Shown piece by piece: positions 10,580 through 22,961 of a stretch of 64,000 nt of DNA (its first letter is position 1; every line of letters begins with the position of its first letter). Origin of the DNA: Craspedostauros australis. Lineage: Eukaryota. The notes beneath the pieces are model-generated. The model did no database searches. It was not told where the DNA came from and saw nothing but the letters and a program-made list of their open reading frames with translations. The stretch lies in contig JALAGF010003335.1 in the NCBI GenBank assembly GCA_030167865.1, positions 1-64,000 of the forward strand. The letters are read 5' to 3'. The position numbers were made by a program, and so were the translations under genes.

Positions 10580-12829
10580 CTTGATTATGCTGCAATGAAT
10601 ATTATACGATATATACTACTGTGATGGGGGTGTGGATTCTTGAGAGTGTTGCGAGTGTTGGACGATGTGGATGTTGCAAACAAGGGGAAGTGTGTTCGTT
10701 GTGTTTTGATTGTTGCCTTGTGTTTTTTGTGAGCTTTGTCGCGTGCACTGAGCTTGCCGACGGGCGACTCGTGTGGTGTTGTGGAATTGGTAGAATGTCT
10801 CGGCGTTCATGCGATGCCGGTGGGAGCAAAGTTTGTAGAGTAGGACCAATGGGATTCTTGGTTGGGTGGAGTCCGCCTGAAGGCTTCGTGGTAAGTTGTG
10901 GGCACGGCATGGTCTGGTTCCACTGTGCCTCCAGGACAAAAACAAACAAACGAACACCTCTGGCGAATCCTCGACGCCGCATAGCATCGACCAACAGCGC
11001 GCAGAGGGGATCGGAGTTGACTGGGTTCCTCAGACCAACTGCTCCCCACCTACACGCGGACGTCGAGTTGAATACCATACTCCTACTCCCCATACAAGTA
11101 CAACTACCAAAGAGTGGCTTGTACTCTTCGTACTTGTACTCATGCTCGTACTTGCACAGAGATTGTAGCTGTCAGGTAAAATTCTGCATTTAAACAGCGC
11201 TCTGTGCGCGTTGGATGCCTGAAGTCACTTTGGTCATTAAGGATGAAGAAGTTGGAAAGGAGCGACAAAACCAGCCCTCTCGCTTGTCGCAGCACCTGTT
11301 CTGTGCTCCATGTCTTCGTGACTCTTTCCTCTTAGGTTGGGCAACCCCAACGTCGCGTACGGAGGTGTACTATGGCAAACAACAGCTACTGCGCCTCTAC
11401 TCATGCCTAAGTACAGTTCGGACAGGCAGAGATGATTCACATTTCTCCTTGGACGAAGACATTAACTACAGGAACTCACGCTGGCGAGTCGAGCGACCCG
11501 GACACAGAGACAAACTCGGACTGTGACTAACAAGGGCACAGTCAGATAGCGTAGAGCAGAACGCAAGCGGGTGGAGTACGACCTGCTCGTGGAATAATCA
11601 AGTTTGTTCCACATGCTGCATGGTGGTGACCATGATACGTGAACAAATAGTGTACTACGGAAGCATACGTGGATTCTGTATAGGTATCTTGCCAGAGTAC
11701 GGTGGAAGAAATACTTGCATGCCTCGAATGCCCTACGAGCAGGTTGCTCTCAGCTCGTACTGCACGCTGATACATCCACGATGGATGCGATTACCGCCCC
11801 ACCGTCAGCACCAGAGAGGCTGGACTGTCTGCTTTGCAGACGGTTGACGCCGAGCCCGGAGATCATCAACCACCAACCATCACCCAGCAGTGTCCATGAT
11901 ACACACTTTGCAAATCTGGGACGCACCGGAAATCGATGCGGATTGAACTGTGTCTCATCCTCTCCTCGCAGACTTCCATTCAGATAGAGTCTCCCTTATC
12001 CTTGAGCCGTTTTGAGATGTGGGAGCCCGCTCGCAGCTGGAGCACTCAACTCCATGACATTGATGGAGCTGTGACCAACGACGGAAATATTGCTCAGCGT
12101 GTTCTGATCTCTGGGTTGCCAAAAGTCTATCCGTATTCGTATTTCTTGGAACGCTGTGCCAACCTCAGATGGGCGACCAGGCGAAAAAGTTGTTGGGCCT
12201 CAGCATCAAACCATCTGTGTCTGCCGATCTGTGAGCGTGGATGAGTTTGTTCGTCACGTCGGATTCACAGATCAGCCAATGCAAAAAGCCAAACCGTCAT
12301 TGTGTCTCATTAGTGTCGTTGTTGGACAGAACGTGGATACCACATGGATCACTCGGTCACATGTCCGTTTCGATCACGAAGGACAATGACCAAGAGTCAC
12401 GAACGTAACGATCGGAACACCCTCGAAGGACCAAAGCGGCCGGAAAGGAGAAGACAACATCTCGACGAGCCACTCCCATCACGGACCAGAAACAGAATCC
12501 AAACAGCGCATGACAACCGAAAGTACGATCACTTCAGCGAGAGATGTGGTGCCAGATACGTACGAGCCGATGCACTTCACATGAGCACCTCCGACACATT
12601 CCAGAGTCCGAACCGCCCCACACAAGCGCGTCCTCCTCCACAACATTGCACGCACGCTCTCCAACGAAGCGGCGGCAATTGCTCTATCCTCATCGCGCCG
12701 CAAGTAGTGACGGTTGCGAATCGGTCAAGTTCGAGCTGATCAACGAGCAAGACGAGAGCCCACGAGAGGGACGGTATCGAGACCGCGCCAAGAAGCAGCG
12801 ACAGATCCCTTCGAGTAACTGTTCTCGAC

Positions 12830-15800
12830 ATGGTGGAGACATCATCCCTCGAAGCCCACAGAATCATGCAAGACACCTTGCAGGCCGGTGGCATCGGCCA
12901 TCGTGCGATCGACGATGATGACAGTCAATGCGACACTGAGGATCTTCTCGTGGACAATCAGGGACCGAAGAGTCTCAACAGCTTCATGGGCTTGCAACGG
13001 CGCAGTTTTCATGCTGGAAATGACCTTCACAATTTTGATGCTGTCGTCGAAATTCCATTCATGCCCCAATCTCCAGAAGCAACGGACATGACGACAGGGC
13101 AGAACGCGCTGGTTTCATCTTCGTCACCTCAATTGATGACGCCCAAACTATCGAATGGCAAGACGCAGACACAGATAGAATCGCGGCCACCCGCAGGATG
13201 TGGAGCAATACAAAACAAGAGAAACAGCACGAAGAAACTGAGGCAGCACCAAAGCCGGCACAAGGCTCTGAACGAGTATCGGAAGAAAAGTCTCAGGATA
13301 CCGAGAAGAAAGCGCACCGGCGATGCATTCGACCCTTTCCCTTCTTCGTCAGAGGTGGAGGGACATGGCAGGAAGGATAAAGGTTGCAGAACGAGTATCA
13401 AGGAACCGACGAGGCTGCAGGATGAGGTTTTCCAGACCACAATCGAAGATGATCAAGCGGCGGTGCCGCTGCAGGCGCCGCCTGTGTACGAGAAGGATGA
13501 GGCAGAAACCCGGTTGATTAAGAAGGCGCTGAAAAAGAATGTCCTCGTTCCCGAGCTGACGACGAAGGAGTTGGATGTGTTCGCGAAGGCATTCGAGCCG
13601 TTGCTTGTGAACGATGAGCAAGTCATCATCCAACAGGGCTCCACGAAAGGGGACTATTTCTACATCATTGCAAGGGGTCGTGTCAAGTTCAAGGTGAATC
13701 GCAAAGTGGTGGGATCGGCCAAGAAGGGCACGTCGTTCGGGGAGCTGGCATTGCTGTATTCCTCGCCGCGTGCCGCAACGGTGGTGGCCAAAGGCGACGA
13801 CACCAAACTCTTCCGCGTGGATCAGCGGACGTTCCGCTCCATGCTGCATGCGCAGACGAAGCAATCTGAACAGAAGAAGTTCGATCTGCTGCAGTCCGTG
13901 CCACCCTTCCAGGTGCTCAAGAGCTTGGACATCGAAAAGCTCGCCATGTGCATGACACCCCGTTTCTTTCAGGAAGGCGATGTGCTCGTCAAGCAAGGGG
14001 CCACAATGTCGGCCTTCTACATCATTGACGAAGGCGAGCTGGAGATGGTTCGTCGAGACGGGGACGACGATGAAACTCGCGACTCCAACGGCGACTACAG
14101 CTGGGATGATGTCGAAGCCAATCGTCCCAAGGACGTTCACTCCAAGCGATTGGCGCCTGGTAGCTTCTTCGGTGAGCAAGCATTGATGGCAAAGGATGTC
14201 AAGACCGTCATTTCAGAGAATGAGATCCGCGCAGCATCGAAGGGAATGTACTTTTCGATAAGTCGGAAACGATTTGAAATGATCTTTGGCAAGTTCTCCC
14301 GATTGGCCGTGAAGTCGGTGAACGATCGCAAGGTGCTGCAACGAGTAGAGCCGTTCCGAGCGGCGCAAGTCACCAGCGAACAGTACGATGAGCTGGTGAC
14401 GTTGATTTGCGACGAAAAGCATGTGAAGGGGAAGATGATCTTCAAGGCCGTAAATCTCACGGAAGCAGCCCTCTTCATCGTTCTGGAAGGTCGCATCAAA
14501 CTGACCGGAACGAGATTAGACATCGTGAAGCCGGGAGGTTTCTTTGGTGACGAGAACATGCTGGTGGATGCCCGGCAACAGCACGGTCCGTTGCGACCAT
14601 GTCCCGAAGCTCTCGCTCGGTACGATGCCGTTGCATTGGAGGATTGCGTATTGGGTGTGCTCACGCTCGAGGATTGTCGCACCGTGTTCGATACGACCAA
14701 AATGCTTGACAAGTCTGCATCGAACAACCGCGCTGGTAGAGTCGGCAGCATTAGCACGAGCAGCAAAAGTAACGGCAGCTCAAACGGAAATGGAAGCAGA
14801 GCCACCCGAAAACGTGTCAGCAGCGTCTCTTTCGCTGCGACTGAGCGTTCCGCTGGCGGCGCGAGCGAGGAGTTCTCTTGTTCTGGCGTTGCTCCGCCGT
14901 CGCTCAGTAGCCAATCCACGGTCGACTGGCTGGAGGAGAAGTCTTCCGAGCAGCTGCGTGAGCACATCAAGAAAGACATTTCGCTCGACGACTTGGAACG
15001 TCTGTCAGTGCTAGGCGAGGGGCAGTTCGGAAAGGTCTGGCAAGTCCAGACGGACATCCGCACGAGTTCTCCGAACGGAGCCATCACAAGCACGAAGAAG
15101 CATCAATTCGCATTGAAGGTGCAGAAGAAGGTGGATTCCCGTGGCGACAAGACCATGATGGTGATCCTGCGAGAAATCCGAATCCTGGCGTTGTTGGACC
15201 ACCCCTTCATCGTGGATCAGTTCCATCACTACGAGGACGCTGACAATCTGTACATCCTCATGGGATTGGTCACCGGCGGAGAGCTCTTCAATCTCATCCA
15301 CTACCAGAAGGATGACGGACTGTGGTACTCCGGGATCCCGGAAAGCCACGCCAAGTTCCACTGCCTGGTCGTCGCAGATACCTTGAACTACATCCACAAA
15401 CGCAAGTACTTGTACCGTGATCTGAAACCGGAGAATATCCTGATCGATCAGGATGGATACCCCATCATTTGCGACTTTGGGTTTGCAAAGTACGTTCCCA
15501 ACAAGACCTACACGCTGTGCGGGACCTTGCAGTATCTTTCCCCCGAGATTATCCTGAATCAAGGCCACAATGCCTCGGTGGATCATTGGGCTTTGGGCGT
15601 GCTGATCTACGAACTGGTCTGTGGGGACAATCCATTCTACGAGGATGGCATGGATCAGATCGAGCTCTTCGAATGTATCGTGAATGAAGATTACTACCCG
15701 CTGCCGAGCTCGGCATCGGATGGAATGTTCGACATCCTCGATGCGCTGCTGGAGAAGAAGCCGTACCAGCGGCTTGGTTCGTTGGCAGGCCGTGGCAAGG

Positions 15801-15937
15801 ACATCGTGCGCCATCCTTGGTTTGCCGAATACGATCTGCAGCAACTGCGGCAGAAGATCGTCCCCGCACCGTTCCAGCCCAGCGATGCATCATCAGTCGA
15901 ATTGGACGATGATGCGGATGACGATCTGTTGTCGTGA
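12830..15937 (+). CDS. Cyclic-nucleotide-dependent protein kinase (PKG-like architecture: three cNMP-binding domains plus AGC kinase)
   Basis: cNMP motifs FGELALLYSSPRAATV, FFGEQAL and FFGDENM; kinase motifs LGEGQFGKV, ALK, YRDLKPEN, DFG, TLCGTLQYLSPE and DHWALGVLIYE. Confidence 0.9.
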   Translation: MVETSSLEAHRIMQDTLQAGGIGHRAIDDDDSQCDTEDLLVDNQGPKSLNSFMGLQRRSFHAGNDLHNFDAVVEIPFMPQSPEATDMTTGQNALVSSSSPQLMTPKLSNGKTQTQIESRPPAGCGAIQNKRNSTKKLRQHQSRHKALNEYRKKSLRIPRRKRTGDAFDPFPSSSEVEGHGRKDKGCRTSIKEPTRLQDEVFQTTIEDDQAAVPLQAPPVYEKDEAETRLIKKALKKNVLVPELTTKELDVFAKAFEPLLVNDEQVIIQQGSTKGDYFYIIARGRVKFKVNRKVVGSAKKGTSFGELALLYSSPRAATVVAKGDDTKLFRVDQRTFRSMLHAQTKQSEQKKFDLLQSVPPFQVLKSLDIEKLAMCMTPRFFQEGDVLVKQGATMSAFYIIDEGELEMVRRDGDDDETRDSNGDYSWDDVEANRPKDVHSKRLAPGSFFGEQALMAKDVKTVISENEIRAASKGMYFSISRKRFEMIFGKFSRLAVKSVNDRKVLQRVEPFRAAQVTSEQYDELVTLICDEKHVKGKMIFKAVNLTEAALFIVLEGRIKLTGTRLDIVKPGGFFGDENMLVDARQQHGPLRPCPEALARYDAVALEDCVLGVLTLEDCRTVFDTTKMLDKSASNNRAGRVGSISTSSKSNGSSNGNGSRATRKRVSSVSFAATERSAGGASEEFSCSGVAPPSLSSQSTVDWLEEKSSEQLREHIKKDISLDDLERLSVLGEGQFGKVWQVQTDIRTSSPNGAITSTKKHQFALKVQKKVDSRGDKTMMVILREIRILALLDHPFIVDQFHHYEDADNLYILMGLVTGGELFNLIHYQKDDGLWYSGIPESHAKFHCLVVADTLNYIHKRKYLYRDLKPENILIDQDGYPIICDFGFAKYVPNKTYTLCGTLQYLSPEIILNQGHNASVDHWALGVLIYELVCGDNPFYEDGMDQIELFECIVNEDYYPLPSSASDGMFDILDALLEKKPYQRLGSLAGRGKDIVRHPWFAEYDLQQLRQKIVPAPFQPSDASSVELDDDADDDLLS

Positions 15938-16520
15938 TGGTTGCGGGCAGGTGCAGAGGAGTCCCGTGCGAGTCGGGCTGCACTGATGTGATGAGATGGT
16001 CGTGAACATGCGAGCGCGGAGATCGTATATAAGCGCTATGTGTGTATGTCTCCCAGTAGTGGAAGATCCAACGACAATACTACAAGTATGTCAGTGATAG
16101 ATAAGAACATGTTTACGAGTATCAGCATGAGCGAAGAAACACAGCAGTCCGTTTTCTTGTCCGACGCCACGTAGTACTCTATTTGATTTCACGATCGCGC
16201 AATTCATTTTCGTGCTGTGGCTGTGTCTCTCGGCGTATTCGTACAAGCGAATATCCTTGCGTCCCCTTTTGCTTCGCAACGCCAACCTCATCAAACGCAT
16301 CGTACTCGATGGACACATGTGTGCTGATCTCATCACAGACTACGAACAGACGAGAGCAAACTTGAGTACGAGCCGAGCCGAGTCGCATTCCCCATTTCTG
16401 ATTACGTGGAAGGATAGGATTACCACAGTGCAAGTATTTGTTGTGGGTGACGGTGCATCCTCGTTCTCAATGCCCACATTCCATTTGCTTCCACTATCAC
16501 AGTCGCAGTTACGTTCACAA

Positions 16521-17552
16521 TCACACCTTCTCCTTGACCAGATAGGTCCACACCTTGAGCGCCGATCCATCCACAAGCACGGTGTTGTTGGCCGGCTCGC
16601 CCTTGCCCGAAATCAGTTTGATGACTTCATTCCCCAGTATCCCACCCAGCACAGCGCAGACGGGTGACAGTTCCGCCATGTAGACGCGCGCCCATTCCTC
16701 GCACGATTCCTTGGTGATGCCCAACGCCTCCGCGTGCTGCGTTCCAGCAAAGTCGGTTGCCACAGCGTGCCAATCATCGACCGTGGTAGGTTCGGGATCC
16801 TTGATTGCGTCCAACCATCTGTCATCTTGCTTTTGCTGCACGTACTCCAGCATGCATCGGTATTGGACGTAGATGGGCGGCGGCGCCTTTTTGAAGAAGC
16901 GGTTTGTGGCCTTGGACAGTGGCACTTTGAGGATGTCGGACATTGGCAGGTAGGGTTCCAGCTGCTTGGGATCGAGCAGCTTCTTGCCCTGCTCCGGTCG
17001 GTACATGCAGTTGGGACCGTAGTCCAAAATCGCAGCACCGTTGAGACCGAAGGAATCCGTGAGGATGAAGTGATGACCAGCCTGCTTCGTGACGTATCCG
17101 GCTATCCGGACGGCGTCCTCCACACCGAGACGCGACGCGATGACGACGGTGAAGTCTTTGACGTCGTCTTGCGTCAGATCCTGAACAGACTTGGCGATGA
17201 TGGGACACTCTCCCATCAGCAGATTCAATCCCTCGACGGCCGGTTGCACGGCCTCCGCCACCGTGGCGAACTTTGGCTTCTTGGTGCTGGGCTCTCCTTC
17301 TTCTGCGACGACGGCACCCGGCGCAACGAAGAAGGAAGGCGTTTCGGAAAGCGCCGACATGGGGCGGCTGTCACAGACCGTGGCAGCGATGCCGGCCAGC
17401 ACGCAGTTCTTCATGATCTCCGACGTGACGCCGGTGATGTGGATGTACAGCACCTTGGCCTTCATCATCTTGGCCTGCGCGTCTGCGCCCCACAGCCGGA
17501 TCTGCCGATCGTAGATCTCGGACGCCGTCGGTGTTTTGGTTTCGTCGCTCAT
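16521..17552 (-). CDS. SAE1: SUMO-activating enzyme subunit 1 (ThiF/E1-like)
   Basis: YDRQIRLWGADAQ, SEIMKNCVLAGI and ELSPVCAVLGGILGNEVIKLISGKGEPANN; 343 aa is typical of Aos1/SAE1. Confidence 0.88.
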   Translation of the reverse strand: MSDETKTPTASEIYDRQIRLWGADAQAKMMKAKVLYIHITGVTSEIMKNCVLAGIAATVCDSRPMSALSETPSFFVAPGAVVAEEGEPSTKKPKFATVAEAVQPAVEGLNLLMGECPIIAKSVQDLTQDDVKDFTVVIASRLGVEDAVRIAGYVTKQAGHHFILTDSFGLNGAAILDYGPNCMYRPEQGKKLLDPKQLEPYLPMSDILKVPLSKATNRFFKKAPPPIYVQYRCMLEYVQQKQDDRWLDAIKDPEPTTVDDWHAVATDFAGTQHAEALGITKESCEEWARVYMAELSPVCAVLGGILGNEVIKLISGKGEPANNTVLVDGSALKVWTYLVKEKV

Positions 17553-17990
17553 TGTGGATGGTGCGAGGCTTGGTCTCTCTGTTGTTCTGTTATTCTATTG
17601 TTGCGGTTGTTGCGACAATGATATGATATTGCAGCAAGTATTGTAGTCGCACGATATCTGTGTTCACCACCATCAACGCCTCCTTGTGGTCGCGTTTGTG
17701 TTTGGACGAAGATTCTGGTTTGGTTGATGATAGGTTTTAGTGTGGAAATGTGTGTATGCGAATTTGCGCGTCAATCTGAGTGTTCGGATCACCGTTTCGG
17801 TCGACGGGAAGACGATGCGTATCATCTCATTCGCAGTGAATCAGACATGAAGTATTTGTTGAGATGTAACGCGATGTCATGAAGCTTTCGCCTCATCCCA
17901 AGACATGAATGACGAGGTTGGCTCTCTGGACTTGTTGCACCTAATAATGAGAGAGCAATATAAGAGCATGTTCGAGTATCATTGCTATCA

Positions 17991-19730
17991 TTACGTCTCA
18001 CTCGAGTCCATTGTATCAACCCCCTGCTGTATGAACTCTGCGATTTCCTTCGCGCTGGGCCGTTTCCTGGGGTCGTTGACGAATGCCATGCGCATGGCTC
18101 CCAGCATGGTCTGCACGTACTTGCTCGAGTCCTTCTTTGCCAGTATTTCATCCGGCACCGGCGGATGCTCCCCCTTCATGACGAGCTTGTACACGCGCTG
18201 CTTGTCGTAGCCATGCCACGGCATCTCGCCCACCAGCAGGAAGTGCAGGACGTTGCCCAGGGAGTAGACGTCCACCTTTTCGGTTTCCGTCCTGTAGGCG
18301 TACTCCTCCGGCGATCTCCAAATGCCGCCGTTCTTTCCCACGGTGAAGCCGCACGTTTTTTCGGCGTACGTATCCCATCGCAAGAACCGCACGCGGTTGA
18401 AGTCGGTGAGCTTGTAGTAGCCGTCCTCGTACAGGAACTGATCCGGCTTGATGTCGGTGTGAGCGATCGTCGGTCTGCCCTGCTCGTCGAAGTTGTGCGC
18501 GTCCGAAATGGCCAGCGACACGTTGTGCGCGATCTTGAGCAACTCCAGGTTGGAAATGTCGGGGACCCGATCGTAGATGGAGGTGAGATCGCCCTTGTCG
18601 CCCCAGTTGAACAACGCCGAATTGGAGCAATGGCCGTAGATGTCCACGATCAGCGGTGACTTGGTGAGGCGCTCCATGCTCATGGCGTCTCTGCGGTGCC
18701 GGTCGAAGCTTCGCAGATCGAACTTCTTGCTGTCGGCGTTGACGCGCAGCGTCTTCAGGGCGCGCTTGGTGCCATCGAACTCGCGGATCATCCACACCTG
18801 ACGGAAGGCACCGGCGGCAGCAAACATGGCGCTGCCATTCTGTTCCAGATCGTGCTGCATCGATTGCCAGTGCATGCGCTCCGCTTTGGACATGCTGTGA
18901 TCGCGGTGATGGGAATGCGGTTTTTCGGTTCCATCTTCGTTGTACCGCGTGGGTCCCGCCAGCTCGTCCGTGTGGAACGACGCCATGACTTCGTGGATCA
19001 GGTTGCAGGTCGGCTGATGGCCCTTTTGCCACTGTGCGACTGCCTTGCAGGATCCCCGTTCGAGCGGGCTGATGGCAGACAGCTTGGGTATCTTGGCAAA
19101 GTTCGACAGCGGCACGTAGTTGAAGACCAACCGGCGTTTGTTGGGCGGCGGTATGCTGCCCACGATCCTCGTGAGGTTCTGCGACAGCTGGAACTCATAC
19201 CCGTCCAGCATCTTCGTCGAGAAAGTTCTCTGTCCATTGCGTTGCACTATGTGTTGTTGCGTTTGGGGTGTCGCATACGTGCTCGGTAACAGTACGAGTC
19301 TTGGATGCTGACCTCGCGGCAGCGGCGATGTGTCGATCGGCGGTACGGAACCAGCCGTGAAGTCCATCAGCGCGTCGGCTGATATCGCGGCGAGCTCCGC
19401 ACGGGACACGGATCGTTGACCATCGCTGCTCGACTGGTACATGCGTCTCACAAACCTGACCAGGTTCTGTCGCAGCAGGATCATGGACACGATGCAGGTC
19501 ATTGGTACCAGACTCAGAGCAGCGAGTTGCCAATGACGAGGCAGCGTGCGGTACCTCACGATGCATCGCTGGAAGGCCATGGCGAGTGGAGATCGCTGCT
19601 TCTTGAATCGTTCATCGCCATCGTCATCATCATCATCATTCTTATCATCGTGTCTGATGCGTACGAACGCAGCTTGCGTCGAACGCATCACGCTGGGGCC
19701 GCCGATGGGCACCTGCCTGCTCAGCGCCAT
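17991..19730 (-). CDS. Atypical protein kinase with N-terminal signal anchor (type II membrane; PKDCC/VLK-like)
   Basis: TM segment LAALSLVPMTCIVSMILL; kinase motifs ALKT, HTDIKPDQFL, DFN, WRSPEEY and DVYSLGNVL. Confidence 0.8.
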   Translation of the reverse strand: MALSRQVPIGGPSVMRSTQAAFVRIRHDDKNDDDDDDGDERFKKQRSPLAMAFQRCIVRYRTLPRHWQLAALSLVPMTCIVSMILLRQNLVRFVRRMYQSSSDGQRSVSRAELAAISADALMDFTAGSVPPIDTSPLPRGQHPRLVLLPSTYATPQTQQHIVQRNGQRTFSTKMLDGYEFQLSQNLTRIVGSIPPPNKRRLVFNYVPLSNFAKIPKLSAISPLERGSCKAVAQWQKGHQPTCNLIHEVMASFHTDELAGPTRYNEDGTEKPHSHHRDHSMSKAERMHWQSMQHDLEQNGSAMFAAAGAFRQVWMIREFDGTKRALKTLRVNADSKKFDLRSFDRHRRDAMSMERLTKSPLIVDIYGHCSNSALFNWGDKGDLTSIYDRVPDISNLELLKIAHNVSLAISDAHNFDEQGRPTIAHTDIKPDQFLYEDGYYKLTDFNRVRFLRWDTYAEKTCGFTVGKNGGIWRSPEEYAYRTETEKVDVYSLGNVLHFLLVGEMPWHGYDKQRVYKLVMKGEHPPVPDEILAKKDSSKYVQTMLGAMRMAFVNDPRKRPSAKEIAEFIQQGVDTMDSSET

Positions 19731-22700
19731 GGTCGTGTATAACAGTATAGTATAATATGATATGCGCTGATGCTGATGTTGTGCTCTCTCTCTATTGGTA
19801 TAATAGATATCTGAACAGTGACGGCTCAGTGGAACGCTATCGTGTGCTCACTGGCAGCAAATGACCGATTGACTGCCTTGTTCGCTTTTCAGCTTGGGTG
19901 GCACTTCTTGTTGCAGTCAGTGCGGTGTGGTATCGTATGTAGTCAAGTGGATGAACACTCTTCATTGACAGGATCTCCGGTTTGTAGCAACTTGGATGTA
20001 CGATCACTGTCTGAATGGCTTCGCTGATTGCAAGTAATAGTTGGCCAGAGTGTGAGCAGGTATGATCTCTGGTGCCTTGTTGGAGTCGTGGTTCAATGGA
20101 GCGTGGACGTTCGGTTTCGTTCTTTCGTTCGTTGTTTGTGGGGTTGTGCCTCCTTTGGTTAGATCCGTGGCATCTCCATTTCGCCAAATCGCCGGCCGTG
20201 AGCGTGTCCCAATTGCGTTCCAACAATATGTGATACAATAAGTTGCGGTAGAAATATAATAAATGTAATAACGTTTCAGAACATATTCAACTTCAGGACA
20301 GACTAACGACTTGTTGGACTAAAATGAGAAGTCTACAAATACAAGCGCAGAATGACAAAGCCAGGGAAGATTTGAACCAAGCTTCGCACCTTTGTGGATT
20401 GGCTTGTCGTCGATCAAGTGCAAGGGTCAATGATGCCCTCGTACCCGTGCCCATACCCGTGTCCATGGACGAATGATTCTTCTTGAGCATCATTGCTTGC
20501 CTTGCCAAGACAGAGAGCATTCGACAATGCATGGATACATGTAGATACCGCTTGCGCCATGTCCCATCCCGTTGCAGCAACAGCAGCATTGTCAGTGGTC
20601 ATTGACGACTAAATCATGGTGCAGACATGAAGACTTCGAAATCAAAGGTATGGCATGGGTTTGCCCTTGGCGCAGCGCATACCGGGTGGCGCAATAGTTC
20701 AGAGTACGCAGAGTGTCGGATGCCTCTGCGCGGCGAAGACTTGTAATCGTGCGACTACGATTGCTTCAACCCATGAAAAGGAGTGATAGATCTTGCACAA
20801 GGTCGTTGGTGCAAGTATCATGGGGGTAAAAGAACTCTTCGTCCTCCCTTCTCTATCGCACAGAGTACTACACTTTCCGGTGTCTTCCGAATGTTGATTA
20901 AGCTGTTGTTCAAGATGCGATGCTCCATTGATGCGTTTGCATCCATCCACAATTGATCCAAAGACACAGAACGAATTGCAACATCATCTCCGAAACCACT
21001 TGGGCAGTTTTGGATCTTGCAAAGCATCGGTGCCTGTCCTGGCCATGATGATTTCACCGCTTGTGGATGGCGCCAATCCGCGGGGTTGTCGATGCCAGAA
21101 GATAACCTTAGGTGGCACCGCCATGGCTGTGTCTTGTTGGGACGAAACATTGTCCTGACAAGAGATTGCTCACTCTTTCTTGATCCCAGTGATGCGTTTG
21201 TATGGTACACACTCGTGCGGAAAGAGGATGGATTGTCGTCGGTGAAGCGATGCAATCGTGGGGCATGGGCGTCATTGCTGTCGCTTCATAGGGGGCAATT
21301 GTGCGATAGATGGGCATCAGCAATTAAAGAGATGCAAATGCTGTGCCTGGACCTTCACTGCGAAGGTGGAACGAATGTTGCTTTGCAACGAGACTCCTTC
21401 AATTGCCTCTTTCTGCACATTCATCACAACGGCCACATTTCGTGACATCTCAACAAGAATCAAACTCGCATACACAACTATGCGTGGACCGCAAGAGCGG
21501 TATTAAGAGAGAAGATGGTGACGCTGATTTAGAACCGGAGAAGTAGCACCCACGAACAGCGACATGCAGTTTGTGAGCGAAAACTTGAGAGACGAGGTTG
21601 CCAAGACAAGGATTCTTTTGTATTCGTATGAACTGCTCGACGTGGTGGCCTTGGAACGTGCGTACTCCTGTTGTTACATAGGGAAGTTCCCTTGACGACA
21701 AGGTACGTTGGTGCGAGTATGATGCCTCTTCGTCAGCGGGCGTTCGCCCAATCCTTTACCACACCGTCGCGATCGTCGTCATTGTCGCGATCGGTGGGTT
21801 GCTTGACGAGGCAACGCGGCGTCAGTACTGGTGACATGTGGGAGTGGGAATGTTGGCGTTCCAGGAATTGTTGCTGACTCGAACGTGCAATCGTGCACCC
21901 TCTGAGAATGTTGTGGATCTGTTCGATCGTGTGTTTGCGCAATTTGAAGAGTGATGACTTGCGACGCGTTTCACGAACGTGCGAACTCAAGGCGAATAAA
22001 CAAGCTCACGCACGTACCCAAAGACGTTTCGTCGTATTGGGCGACGACAACATAATCTGTCTCTCGCAAGTGAGGTTCTTGAAAGCACCATTCCTTCGTC
22101 GCTTCTTCGCGAATCGAAGTTGTTGTTGGATTGTTGGTTGGGTGAAGCCTTCTGGCTCTTATTTTTATCGTTGTCACAGGTTTCGATACAAATAACGCTT
22201 GCGCATGATTTTGTTGCGCAGTCTCACCAACCGAGCGCGTTTCCTTCCTGCTGCTCTGTTCCACGAAGCACCCGGGGTGACGGAGAGTAATTGTTCGTGC
22301 CGACACCGCTACAGCAGTCGATTCGACGGCTTTGCTGTCTGAATGCCTGGTTTGTGTGGACCATTTGCACAACAAAGAAGCGACACAGCACATCACGGCA
22401 TTGCTCTGGGATGAGAGCACAAAGCCGTCGCCGACATCAAGCAACCAATCAACCACGTGCGCTGACCATCACAGACACCTCCCCATGGTCCACTCAACGC
22501 GCCGCACTTCCGACACTTATCCACAACGCTCACAGTTCCGTATCCGTTGATTGATCAACACAACACGCATTCCGCCCTCCCGAAACCTCTGTTCCTTGAA
22601 GGAGCCTCTCCAAAGTGTTCGTACCATTAGCAGTCGGTCGTATAATAAGTACCGCAAGAACAGAGGAGAATAGAGCAGAACAGAGTACGACCTCCCCATT

Positions 22701-22961
22701 GCCTGCTGGAGAGCGACAGCGACGAAGACTGTCCATCTATCGAACCGAGTGACCAAGACAACGAAAGGTCGCAGCCATCCCAGCATAATCGCAAGCGAAC
22801 GAGTCAGAGAGCTCCCCGCCTTCCTCACGAACACAATACAGCACAACACAACACAATACAACATAACACAAACAGTCTCTGAGGCCTCTGCACTATTCTA
22901 TTGTATCATAATACGACCAATTCTATCAGAATATATTCTATTATATTCGTAGGTCGCAGAG

